Below are positions 1-13,022 of a stretch of 64,000 nt of DNA, piece by piece. The position numbers and the translations under genes were made by a program. The notes beneath the pieces are model-generated. The model searched no databases and had not been told where the DNA came from. It saw only the letters and a list, made by a program, of their open reading frames with translations. Within the stretch, counting starts at the first letter, position 1. Every line of letters begins with the position of its first letter. The stretch covers positions 10,764,788 through 10,828,787 of the forward strand of contig NC_068986.1 in NCBI RefSeq assembly GCF_001194135.2. Direction: 5' to 3'. Source of the DNA: Octopus bimaculoides. Lineage: Eukaryota.

Positions 1-49
<49 letters not shown>

Positions 50-845
50 TCTCAGTTCTTCAAACAATGATTGTATATAACTGTAATCTGATAAATGAAT
101 AAAGTAATAGATACAAGACCAGGTCAGCTACTATGGCATACATATAAAAATATATACATATTGATCTCTTGTAATGTAAGATTATTTGATTTATCTTTCA
201 AAACAAGTCATTTCTATATTCTGAAAGCAATTCAAAATGTACTTATTTTCCATCTATCTAACCAGAAGATGTTTATTTACTAAAAAGGTTAGGTGGTTGT
301 CAATAAAAGAAAACACAAAGTTCAGAAAAAAGGGAGAAAAACAAAAAGAAAAACTGGGTCACAACATTCAATGAAAAAACAAATATAGAATAATAATAAT
401 AATAACAATAACAATAATAATAACAATAACAATAACAATAATAATAATAAAACAAGAGTATATAACAGAAACAACAATAACAACAATAATTAGAAGAAAC
501 AGAAATATTTTGTAAAAACAGAAATCACTATTTATCAGACAAAATTATGTAACACAATGATGAAAGACAAAATAATAATAATAAGAAGAAAAACAGGATA
601 TATATTCAGCATGGTCACAGTGAGGGAAAAGGCTGAAACTTGTACAAAAATTATATTTACAATAACAAGGCAAAGAAAAACAAATCAAAAACTAGGACAA
701 GTTGGAAAATTTATAAGAAAGCTAAACTGAAAAATAAATGATCAAAACAAACAAACAGAAAATTAAAATTTAAAAAAAGGCTAAAAACACAATCACCTTC
801 CTCCATGTGTTTAATTTTTTTCTTAAAGGTCTCTCCCCTTCTTTC

Positions 846-877
<32 letters not shown>

Positions 878-1043
878 TAAATAAAGACCAGGCAATTTGC
901 AACAAATTTTTGATAAATTTACAAACTGAAATGAAAAAATTAAATATTTCGCAAATATACAAATCAAAAATGGTGAATGATGAGGGAAAGCAACTCAGTA
1001 TAAATGATAAAATAACAAAACAAGTCAGGCAACAAACAGATAT

Positions 1044-1104
<61 letters not shown>

Positions 1105-2058
1105 ATGCCGATAAATAAAATGCCAAACACTTCATAGATATATTTCTGCATTTTGAAGAAAGAAGAAAGGCGAGAAAGAAGGCTCAACTGGCTAGCACAG
1201 AAATATAAAGATAATAAGGGGTTATTTAATGTTAATTAACCCTGACAGAACAAATAAAGCCTCTTATGACTACACATCCAATACAATGTGGAACTGTAGG
1301 AAGTGTGATATATGCCCCTTTCAGATACGGTGTCTAATGAATGATTTGATAAGCTTTTGGTCAAAACACCTGTGAATGTCCATTATCACATAGGAGCTAC
1401 TGCTTTGAAATTCAATTATGTAACCATGCTCATTCCTTTGAGTACAAAGTAAAATAAATAGCACTTCTCTGGTTAAGTTATCTGTGACTTCAAAGAGAGA
1501 ATATAAACTTCTATATTTCATGGTTTGTTGGAAATAGTGCTCTTTCCTACAAAAGTAACTGCAATTTGGGCTTGAAAGAGGTGCTAGAAATTCTCAATTG
1601 CCAATTCCAAATCCTAAAACTTCCCAAGTAATCAATCAACACTGCTCTCTTGTTTTACATTTTTCACTGTATGCCCAATATACATATTCAATGTGTCAAT
1701 GTTGTTATATACTTTAAAACTCAGTTTTTCTTTTGTACTTACTAAAACAAACTGATGCACAAAATATAACAAGATGTATTTGTTTATATTTATATACATG
1801 TGCTAACACACTATCGTAAAGATGGCAGATTGGTACATATATGCCAAAAATAGTCCACAAAAAGTGAAGAAAAAATCCCCCTTCTTCTTCAGTCTGAGTT
1901 TCAGTGTGTTTTTTTAAAATTTATTGAGATACATGTGTGTGCGTGTGTGTATGTGTGCACACGCAAGCATGTACATATGAATCTGTGTATGCATTGTCAC
2001 AAGTCTGTCATGTATATATGTGCAGTTTGCATATCTATCAATCTATCTACATAGATAG

Positions 2059-2106
<48 letters not shown>

Positions 2107-2277
2107 GTATGTATGTGTGTTTGTATATGTATATAACAGCTTTTTTATACATTTCATTAAACACACAACTTTATTCAAGTTTTATTTTTTTTATTTTTGA
2201 CTTTTTGCATTTTCTTATAAGTATGAAACTGTTGTGTACACACACACACATCTCAATATCATGTAGTATCTGCTGTG

Positions 2278-2314
<37 letters not shown>

Positions 2315-3158
2315 CATGCACACACACCTCTATTTCACCCCCCTCTTTCCATCTCTATTTTACACAGAGAAGCACACATACAGCCTCCCCCTCCATTACT
2401 CTCAAGAAAGGGCTGACAGTGTAGTGTGAGTTAAGCAGTAGTTGGTGTGAAAACTGATGAGAGAAATGGCTGGCAGTGTAGAGTAGCCACACATAGGCAA
2501 AGATCAAATTATAAAACTATAGCAATCATATAGATTATAGAAACTTCTGCTATTAACTGATAAAAGACCTACAGACACAGTTCTAAGAACAGAAGTTATT
2601 TTGGGGTTTTAAATAAAATATTCAACAAAAAGGTCTGAAACAATAGTTATAAGTGTGCCTTCTAGTTGGTTTTGCTTGACTGAACACTTTGTTGGAGAAA
2701 ACTCAGTGAAACAAATATACATAAGTGAGAAACAAGGGCAGACCAACACAACATTCACAAGAAAATTAAACACTAAAATGTAATTAATGGTAAACATCAC
2801 AAGCAGCATAATGAAGAGTACACAAATTGTGTGTGTGTGTGTGTGTGCGCGTGTGTGTAGGGTTGTCAGATAAATTTGCTTGTTTCTTACCAATGTTATT
2901 TGAATCAAGAAGACCCCAGTGATTTCTACACTGTTAAGGCATTGACAAGCTAGTGGAACATTGACAAGAAGTCACGAACAATGAACGAGAATATAGTGTA
3001 GACTGATGAAAACAATAACAATCAAAATAAAGAGAAAGAATACTAACAAATTTATCAGAGAACCCTATATATAATATAATATAATATATATATATATATA
3101 TATANNNNNNNNNNNNNNNNNNNNNNNNNNNNNNNNNNNNNNNNNNNNNNTATATATA

Positions 3159-3363
3159 CAGTAATCCCTCACTATATCGCAGTTCACCTATTGTGCACTC
3201 AGTACATCACAGATTTTTCTGGTTAATATATGTAAATTTATATCATGGACTCCTTAGTATAACTGGGTTTCTGTGGCTGATATGTATTTATATTTTTTTA
3301 GATTTTAATTATTTCTGTGTGAGGTTTTGGAACGTAACACCCGCGATAGTCAAAGGATTCCTG
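3159..3363. mobile_element. pogo/Tigger-like MITE
   Basis: imperfect TIRs CAGTAATCCCTCACTATATCGC / GCGATAGTCAAAGGATTCCTG, flanked by TA. Confidence 0.65.
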
Positions 3364-5210
3364 TATATACATTTTCATATACACACAGTCACAAACATAT
3401 ATACAAAGTCAAAAAAAGGCTGACAAATTCTTCAACTGTAGCAAAACTACTGCAGTGCATATTCAGACAGTACTTTGCACATTGCTGAAGGAACGGCAAC
3501 ACGAACACCAGTGCATAAAAAAACCCTTTGAGTGCTGCTGCTGTTGCTACAGAAGACATCGCAAAGAAGAAAAAAACAAGAAAAAAACATGTAATATAAA
3601 ATTAATAAAAACTGCAGTCCCAGCATTCAGTTACTCAATTAACAAATTTAATTGGTTCCTTCAAAGAGCTTGTTTATTGGGGGTGAGGTGAAGTGGGGAC
3701 AGATTAAATATGTGAAACAAATAAATGTATTACATGATAAATGGGAAACTACTTTCAGACCCAAAAGTCATGAGTTGGGTCTAAACATAGAAAAATTTAC
3801 AAATCCAGCAAGTGAGTGAGTGATTGATTGAGAGTGTGTGTGTGTTTAAATTTATTATTCTATTTAAAGTCTATTTCAGTAAGAATAGAAGAGAGAACAG
3901 ACTCAGCTGCATTGCAGTGAATTGAAATGAATGCAATATGGAGAGAAGTAGCTCACAAGAGACTCTGTTATTAATTAAGATCAAAGAAATGTTAAGGTTG
4001 AACATGGAATAATGAGTCACCTGTAAATTGAAGGACAATTGTTTGATAGAATAATTACTTTGGCAGAAGAAAAGTCAGACTTTGTGTGAGTTGTAACAAT
4101 TTTATGATATCTGAATTCAGTTTTAGACGTCTAATACTGAGAACTGTAACAAAATATTTGGTGGGGTTTTAGTGGGAGTTTCACCTGGCTATAGTCTATT
4201 CCTCTGTTACTTTCTAGGCTAGAATACTGAAATGATTTGTTTGAAATCAGTTAATTAACCAAGATACACCAACACAGTAGCTAGGTTCTCCTCACGTATC
4301 CAAGACAGCTTTGTCTTCTTAAATACAATCCTCAACGTCCTTCATACAACCAAAGATCACAACCCCCTAACTAACTTTTTCCCACACGACTGTCCAAGAA
4401 CATGGCCTTCAACATCTGGAGAAATTCATCCAGAAACATAGGGAAAGGACAAACATCCACCATCACAATGCCAACAAACATTGACGAAGTAAATCTTGCT
4501 TTCAGGTACTGAAACATCCTGCAAATTCTCTCACCTCCCAAAAAAGCGGCTTTAGACCCTCTGACAACTTTTGATTTTTTACCATAATATTTCTGTTAAC
4601 TTTGCAAGATTGTCTTCAATGAAAGTAGCTCTGTAATTATCATAAACATATGTAAACCCACATTTGTTTTGTACTTTGTTTCAAATTCTACACACAGTAA
4701 AACTTTTCCGAAACTCATCTTCTAATCTGTATCTGCTTCTCTTCATACAACCACCAACAAAACTCCTCAAATCACTTCAACACATAAACTGTTTTAATGG
4801 TGACCCCTACCATTACCTTCAAAACAGTGTAGTTTTAGCCTAGTTCCTAACCTCATTGACTTTTTCAATCTTTTCCCTATTATTAGAATCAGCCAACCTA
4901 TAAAAATAGACTTTTCCAACAACCACCCTCCCTCCCTAACTTCCATTATTCAACATCTAAAAGAAGAAAACAACCATCGGCTTCTTTACCATCTTGAATA
5001 TCCTTACTTCCATATTTCAGGCAATCATTAATACCATTTTGTTAGTGCCATCTCTACAAAAGACCTAATTTTCTACATGACAGACCAGTGATCTCTTGTC
5101 ATGAAGAAATTCAGCATCAACAAAGAATTCCTGTTTGGCCTGAGAACCTCCTGGCTAAGTTGCCCATCCATGTGTTTCCTCTTTCTCTCAGGGGATGGGG
5201 GCTTCTTTAG

Positions 5211-5433
5211 CCCTTTAGCATTTAAACTGGTCAAATCCAGCTCAAATATTCTACATGTTTTCTGTTCAAACTGGCCAGATCTGGCCTCTCACATCCAGCC
5301 TACAATGTCATTATAGAAACAAACAACCACATCATCAAATCTTGAAGCCTCGGAATAATGCATGAGTAACTGCAAACAGTATGAACGAACGAATAAGCAT
5401 CCCATTTGAGAGAACAAGCTGAATGTTAAAGGG
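5211..5433. mobile_element. piggyBac-type MITE
   Basis: CCCTTTAGCATT...AATGTTAAAGGG termini, right TTAA, left TTAG; same termini as the other copies. Confidence 0.6.
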
Positions 5434-5954
5434 TTAAACAGACATTATGTGTGCTCCAGGGTCCAGTTATGTCAACAGAACTGCTTCCGTACATTACGGA
5501 CATTCTTGGTACCACATTTAACACCAGCATACTTCCATGCAAATGTTATCTTTACTCTTCCTTCACCTCTACTCACACTCATCAACATCATCATCATCAT
5601 CATCGTCATGCTCCAGTGTTTGCTTTGGCATGGTTTTTGTGGCTGGGTGCCTTTCTTAAATGCCAGCCACCTTATGGAATGTACTGGGTGCTCTTTTTCA
5701 TACCACCAGTACTGCTGAGGTCACCATGCAGCTTGCAAGAAACTACAAGCCCCAAGATGGGGAGGGGGGCAGAGACAGTTTTATACTAAAAACAATGAGG
5801 AGTAGACAGGGGTAAAGTATGAGAGAAAAGGGGGTGGCAGAAATAGATAATGCAAGTTTTACTGGAAGTCTGGAGATTGTCCACACAAAATCTAGATATG
5901 CTATCATTGCATTTCTTTCTTAACAACAGAACTAAAATACAACCACTTCGAGCA

Positions 5955-6170
5955 TGGCTGTCGCCAGTACCACCTGACTGGCCCTCATGCCGGTGGCACA
6001 TAAAAGCACCCACTACACTCTCGGAGTGGTTGGCATTAGGAAGGGCATCCAGCTGTAGAAACCCTGCCAAATCAGATTGGAGCCTGGTGTCGCCTCCTGG
6101 TCCACCAGTCCTCAGTCAAATCATCCAACCCATGCTAGCATGGAAAGCGGACGTTAAACGATGATGATGA
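5955..6170 (+). mobile_element. SINE-like family C ((GAT)n tail)
   Basis: shared core GGTTGGCATTAGGAAGGGCATCCAGCTGTAGAAA...GGACGTTAAACGATGATGA. Confidence 0.75.
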
Positions 6171-6473
6171 ACCTTGTCTGATACAATACTACCAAAAACA
6201 TTAAAAATATAAAATAAAAATACAAACAATCCAATCAAAGCACATCCCTTCTTGTTCTTGAGAAAATCATAGCTAAAACCTTCACACTTGCTTCAAATAT
6301 TAAATCTCACAATTTCTCATGGGACTTTCATGGTAACTAAACATTTCTAAAACTGGGTTTCTGTTCCAAGACAAGAAAATACTTCAACTCTGATTAGTTT
6401 CTCAAATTCTACCATATTCAGGTGTTGTCCAAATGCCAATCAGAGTTTCAACTCTTACACACATATCCTAGAC

Positions 6474-6715
6474 TAGTGCTTCTCAACCGGGGTCCATATG
6501 ATCCTTGGGAGTCTACATAAGATTTTGCTGTTAAAAACGATGTGCAATAATTTGGTTATATTTCTACAATACACAAAATATTTTTAATTTTTTTAATATA
6601 ATTCCTAATAATATTTAATCATAGAAACATAACAGGATTTTTTTGAAACACTGAATGAGTAAAAGTCAAATAGGAGTCAAAAGGGGTCCAGAAGCAAAAA
6701 ATTGAGAAACCCTGT
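6474..6715. mobile_element. hAT-type MITE
   Basis: degenerate TIRs TAGTGCTTCTCAA / TTGAGAAACCCTG; TSD not clear. Confidence 0.5.
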
Positions 6716-7019
6716 AGAACAAACCAAAACTTGGCCTGCTGCCTAACCAGAAGGATTCCCTCCCCAAACACTAAATAACTATCCCAGACACTGACATGTT
6801 CATTCTTCTCTGCCCTTTTGCTTACTACTCTGTTTTTCTTCCATGGAATTGTCTTCTACACCAGCATTATACAAACCCACTCAATCCCTTATTTTTTCTG
6901 TCATCCCTATCAGGTCTCCCCAATCATCCAATGTTCTGGTTTATTTCTGTTTTTTTTTTTTTTAATTCTATTCTATATAATTAAATACTTCATGTTTCAA
7001 GTTCCTAGTTCAGCAGTTT

Positions 7020-7215
7020 TGATTAGTTGCATCTTGCTTTTTTATCATTTCTAAAGCACCTGCTACTAAGAGTTGCTTTTGTTTTCAATCCACACATTTT
7101 GGTTGTCTCTATTTTAAGATCTTTAGATCTGGATAGCTTCTCAGTTTCTTTCTGGGATATATTGTTGAGTGTTGAAAGTATTACTACATTTAGTCTTTGT
7201 GCAAATAAATTGGTG
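7020..7215 (-). mobile_element. R4/Dong-clade LINE 3' fragment
   Basis: ORF 7023..7280 contains KETEKLSRSKDLKIETTKMCGLKT, like the REL-endonuclease C-terminus (KE.EK..kY.DL.iE...mW.lk). Confidence 0.6.
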
Positions 7216-8049
7216 CCACCAACAGCATGACTGGGAAGATGGTGGCCACAGATGAAGCTGGTAAACACTGAAATAGGCATTGTAAGTTTAATCTCTGCTA
7301 GAGAATGGTAAAAACAATGATAATAGTAACAACAAAAATGTTTTGTTTTTCTTTTTTGTTAATATTTTTTAATATGTAGTAGCAGCAGCAACAGCAGTAA
7401 TAGTAGTAACAACAACAACAGCAGCAAATATCATATATGCAGGATGTGAGATTTTGAAATTGTTGTGATTAACATTGTTAGAGATAGAGGCTGAGCTCAG
7501 TAAAAGTTCTCTAAATGTGAAGGTAAATTAAATAATCTACGAAAACAATTACATATGGGGTTAACTACTCAAAGATGCCAGCCACATGAAAAAAAAATAT
7601 GTGGCAAGTTAGTGTTAACATACTCAATGCAGTGTTCTTGCTACCCACAACAATGTACTGCTAATTACTTTGGAAAATACAGTAGTGCTAATACTTTACT
7701 GAGGAGGCCTCATACAACTGAAACATGACTGAAGTTCTCTCCTGAACTTACTGAAATTATTTAAATAGTATTATTTAAATAATTAAATAAAGACAATATC
7801 AGCTAAGTTGAAATTGTCTTTTTCTCACTGTGTAATTATTTCTAATTAGATTTGTCATGTCCACTGCATTAATTATGTTAACACTAACCAAGTTAGTTTG
7901 CTGGGTTTAATAGAAGAAACAGTCAAATTATATGTCAGAGCAAATTATTTCAATTATACAGAGCGTGTGCAAACATTTAGGGAATCTGTACACATTTGTA
8001 TGTCCAAGTAGTTTGAGTGGTGCTTACATGAAAAGGGGAAAGTATAATA

Positions 8050-8270
8050 ATTATTTCAAATTTTTGCCACAAAGGCAGCTGGGGGTAAGAGATTAAGTCG
8101 ATTACATCGACCCTAGTGCTTAACTGGTACCTATTTAATTGACCCCAAAAGGATGAAAGCCAAAGTCGACCTCAGCAGAATTTGAACTCAGAATGTAGTG
8201 ACAGGTAAAATACCATCAAACATTTCACCCAGCATGCTAACGATTCTGCCAGCTCACTGCCTTAGGGGCA
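8050..8270 (-). mobile_element. SINE family B (tRNA head, Deu/Nin-like central domain)
   Basis: reverse complement of GAGTTCAAATTC...GACTTTGCCTTTCATCCTTTxGGGGTCAATAAAT.AGTACCAGT, repeated across the window. Confidence 0.65.
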
Positions 8271-8615
8271 AGTATAATAATAAAACAATAAATGGCAGAT
8301 ATGTGAAGGCATGTGGCTCAGTGGTTAGGGTGTTGCACTCACAAATGTGAGATCATGGTTTCAATTCTCGGATAAAGTGATGCATTGTGCTCTTGAGCAA
8401 AAACACTTCATTTCAAGTTGCTCCAGTCTACTCAGCTGTAAACAAGTCACCCTGCAACAGATTAGCCTTCCAACTGTTGGGGAATGTTGGCCTGCTCATC
8501 TAGCCAGTGGGGTAACACCATTCGGAAGCTAGAGTAATGCAAAGTGCTTTGTGACCAGCGATATATAACAACATCCAAGAGTCTGGTCAATTACATGATC
8601 AGGTGATATATATGT

Positions 8616-8701
<86 letters not shown>

Positions 8702-8977
8702 ACCATATTAAACTTTCTGCCAAGTGCATGACTAACATGAATAACCATGGTTGAGGTGGTTAGGATAAACCTTTGTGTCATTCTGAAAATCCAGGAGAGA
8801 CAATGATGGAAAGAATGTATGTAAACAGAACAGATACGAGAAGTGAGGTGAGAGAGTAGATATTGATTCCATTTGTTTACATGTTTCATAATCTTGTCAA
8901 AACAGCTGTAAATGAATGGAATAAATATATATTCTCTCACCTTCTTTTATCTTTCCTCTCTCTCATAAATATATGTA

Positions 8978-9502
8978 AAGTCAAAAAGTAATGCCACTTT
9001 GTTTATGACAGGTATAATTACCAACACAGGAACATGTATCATACATCAAAATGAAGCTGGTCCTCTGTGGATCACATCCCTACTTCTCAACATAGTCACT
9101 GTTTCTCTCAATAGCAATGTTCCACCTTCAAATGAGAGCATGTATCCCTGCCCCATAAAATTCTGTTGACTGTTCTTTGAGCTACTTCTTCACTACCTCC
9201 ACACTCACCAGATTTCGCGCCTTCAGACTATCATCTCCTTGGCACCACAAAAGAGGGTTTGAGAGGCAAACATTATTCCAGTGACGAGGAAGTTAAAACT
9301 GTAGTGAAGAAGTAGCTCAAAGAACAGTCAACAGAATTTTACAGGGCAGGGATACATGCTCTCATTTGAAGGTGGAACATTGCTATTGAGAGGATGAGAT
9401 CCACAGAGGACCAGCTTCATTTTGATGTATGATACATGTTCCTGTGTTGGTAATTATACCTGTCCTAAACAAAATGGCATTACTTTTTGACTCACCCTTG
9501 TA
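8978..9502 (+). mobile_element. internally deleted mariner element
   Basis: PHSPDFAPSDYHL motif at 9199-9237 followed by the decayed transposase C-terminus; ~90-bp inverted repeats at 8981-9073 and 9398-9490; right end CACCCTTG|TA. Confidence 0.85.
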
Positions 9503-11462
9503 TGTATGTATATTACTCCTCTTCTCTGTGATCTGTGTAGATCTTTCCAGACTGGTGGTGGGTGAGACTAGATAAGACTGATAGAGAAAGGGAGAAGGGT
9601 TAATCAAGTAGATTTCAGTATTATTGGTATGCAACTTCTTGGTATCGGCAGAGGAACAGTAAGTGTAAAAATGGTCAAAAAAGGCCGAGAAGAAATCGCA
9701 TGTTGGTGCTCGTGGCTTTTCCAGGCCCAAGAACCAAGAACCTGCCATCAACTTGACTCTTATTTTACCCTATTACTAACTATAATCCTAATCCACATTG
9801 ACAAATAGGATAACTGCAAGCAATTAACCTCATCAGGGAGGCTGAAAGATATGTGGTCATTATCAGAGACAAAGTGGTCAATATCAGAATGGTGAAACAA
9901 TGTACTGAAAGTAGAGAGGAAAACAATTATTTTAGGAATAGCAAAACATTCACTAACATTTCTCTTAAAATGTTCTCTCTCTATCTCACTCTCACACACA
10001 CACACATTACTAGGCCTGATGCACAATAAAAAAAAGTCAACGGATTTCAGGCACTGGAAGACAGAACTAGTAATCTGTTTACAGAAGCACTACATAAAAT
10101 AGTACAGCATGAAAAACACAAGACAATACAAGAACAGAAGACAACCTACCCAGGTTTCATAACAAAATTAATTTTGAACAATGATAAATGAAAAGAATTT
10201 CAAGCAAAAAAGAAAAAAAAATGACGTACTAATTTGAAAATATTTTCTTTTTTAGTAATATTTTTGGGGTGTCAGTGCAGAAAATGGCTTCCTTGAAAGC
10301 AAGTAAGGAAGCTTCTTCACAATCAGTTCTGTTGATACAAGGCAAACCATTTTCAGTAAACTCTCTACCATTCTTAGAATGGAAACCATATGTTTAGAGA
10401 ATGGTATGGTCATGATAAAGATTTCAAATGATCATATCAAGAATGATTGCAGACTGACTCTGTGACAAGATGAGATGCAACAATGGATATTGGAATAATT
10501 AGAAAATTCACAGTGCAGAGTATAATGTTGTTGCATTAGAAAAACTAATCAAACTTTAAGGTTTCATTGAAGCTGGTCTGCTTCAGTGTGTAGAGTCTTC
10601 TCAATGTGTTTGATTAGTTCCTCTTCTATGCCATAACCTGTTCAATTCAGAGGTGAATGGTGCTATTTGGGGACCAGATCAACACTATGGTGCAAAACTA
10701 ATGAGGAATATAACACAAGGAGGTCTGTTGCATGAGACAAGAAGTTCTATTGTGATTCATCTGTTTTACAGTCTACACATTCTACATCAGTAAACACTGA
10801 CAGGTGAAAATGCATCCTTTAAATATAGACAGCATGCAATGTGAAACAGCAAATAAGTCTTTTTTTTCTATCTGATCAGGTGCACACTTCATTAATAATA
10901 AGGAAATCAACTTTAATCAAGTTTTTTAATCAAATGAAAATAAGAATAATTCCAGAAAAAACAGTGCAAATGACAAATGCAAACAAATGTGAAGGACTCT
11001 TTTTTTTTTTTTACCAAAAACTACAGTAATATGGCGGAAAAGCACAGAGCATTTCATTAATTAGTTTCTTATAGCAAAATCTATGATCAATTGGATAGAT
11101 ATATTTTTTAAATTAAATTCTTTACTTACATTTTTTTTCCTATTTGCAATAATTGAAAAAAATACTTCCAACTAGTAATACCTACTCATCAGATAGCTCC
11201 CATTTATTGTGCAGATGTCCCTTCAAAAACATTTTATACTTTCTATATAAAATATCAAACTGTAATTAACAGTTTGCTCAAGATGTTTCCAACGTTTGTT
11301 TCAGTGGCTTAAATTGCTCTCCATTAAAGATGACAGCAGAGATTAATCTCAATGGCTGCCTTTCCTAATATAAATCAGTAAGTCAGGAAGTCAAAGGATT
11401 ACAATTGTTTCAGCTGTGTTGATTGATGCAAGGAACAATGTATCTTGTTTAAAACTTCAACA

Positions 11463-11860
11463 CAGGTATCGCTCTGCGGTAAGAAGCTTGCCTCCCAACC
11501 ATATGATTCCGGGTTCAGTCCCACTGTGCAGCACCTTGGGCAAGCATCTTCTACTGTAGCCTCGGGCTGACCAAAGCCTTGTGAGTGGATTTAGTAGACG
11601 GAAACTGAAAGAATCCTGTCATATATATATGTATACATTTGTATGTGTGTGTCTGTGTTTGTCCTCCCACCACCATTTGACAACTGGTACTGGTGTGTTT
11701 ATATCCCCGTAACTTATCGGTTTGGCAAAAAAGACCAATAGAATAAGTACTAGGCTTACAAAGAATAAATCCTGGGGTTGATTTCTTCGACTAGCACCCT
11801 TTAAGGCAGTGCTCCAGCATGGCCGCAGTCAAATGACTGAAACAAGTAAAGGAATAAAAA
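11463..11860 (+). mobile_element. SINE family A (tRNA-derived head)
   Basis: GGTAAGAAGCTTGCxTCCCAACC...GGTTCAGTCCCA...CACCTTGGGCAAG...GTGAGTGGATTT.GTAGACGGAAACTGAAAGAA; more than 8 copies in window. Confidence 0.75.
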
Positions 11861-12973
11861 AGTAACAATCATGCCAAGAGCAAAATCACGCCTTTAACCA
11901 TTCAGAAGTTTTAGGAAAGCAGCATAATAATTCTTTGTATTGTAGGTACAAGGCCTGAAATTCTGGAGGAAGGAACTGGCTGAGGACATCTTGATTGGTA
12001 GTTATTTTAATTACTGCCAGGAAGGATAACATTGACCTTAGAATGTAAAGCCAGAAGAAATGCTGCTAGGAATTCTGTCCAGCATGCTAACAAAATTCTG
12101 CCAGATCACCAGCTTGTAAGCCAACAAAATAATATTAGCCATTCTATTGTGAAGAGAGAGGTTAATTCTTTCCGGAAGACAGGTAAAAATAGTTAACTCA
12201 AACCAAATGGCAAAATACAAATAGATTCATTTGGAATTCTGCCATTGATGTCTGACAAATTACAACATTCAATGGGGAGGGGGCGGGGTGATTAAAGAAG
12301 TAAATAGTGCATTATGTTCTAAAATTTACCATCATTTTAGTTGCTGAAATCTCACAGATTCATGAGACAGATATCCAGTTCGCTATTAGGATCAGAATCA
12401 GATAATTGCCCACCACTCCGAAAATAATAAGAATTAACTGATATTCTGAAGTGGGGGTCATGGTGCTGGACATTTTTTGTAATATGTTGAACTACAATTA
12501 AAAGAATCAATATGCTTGGATTTTTACCTAAATTTCTGCAGCAACATTTCTTCTTCGTTTAGAGAATCACTAAACCATACATTGGAAGTAACTATTTTCA
12601 CTGAGATACATTACTGAAGGTAAAAACCATAAGCTTATAATTTCCCAAATGGAGTGAGAGAGAGGGTGTGAGAGAGAGGTTGTGAGAGAGCATAGAATAA
12701 ATAACAGGATCCTCCAGTGAAATCACTGAATCAAAATCAATGATATTTCTCTGTTGATGTAAGTGTGGTCGACCCGTGATATTACTCTGAAAACTGGACT
12801 TTTGTACAAAAGTCAATTCCCCAAACAACTTAACTTCAATATGTCAATCACAGCCTGGATTAAATATGGTCGTCTTCAAAGTAGTTTCAGAGTAAGAATA
12901 TATTACTTTTACCAACCAGGCTTTAAGTCAAGGGTAACATACAGACATACATGCATGTGTATATATATAATAT

Positions 12974-13022
<49 letters not shown>

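Noticed and set aside
805-1187. Overlapping ~110-aa ORFs
   Set aside because: Driven by (CA)n/(CT)n tracts.
9827-9905. Minus-strand candidate exon STLFHHSDIDHFVSDNDHISFSLPDE with a good acceptor
   Set aside because: Only vague similarity to the DOCK C2 domain, a weak donor, and it starts in phase 2, not the phase 1 needed after 23167.
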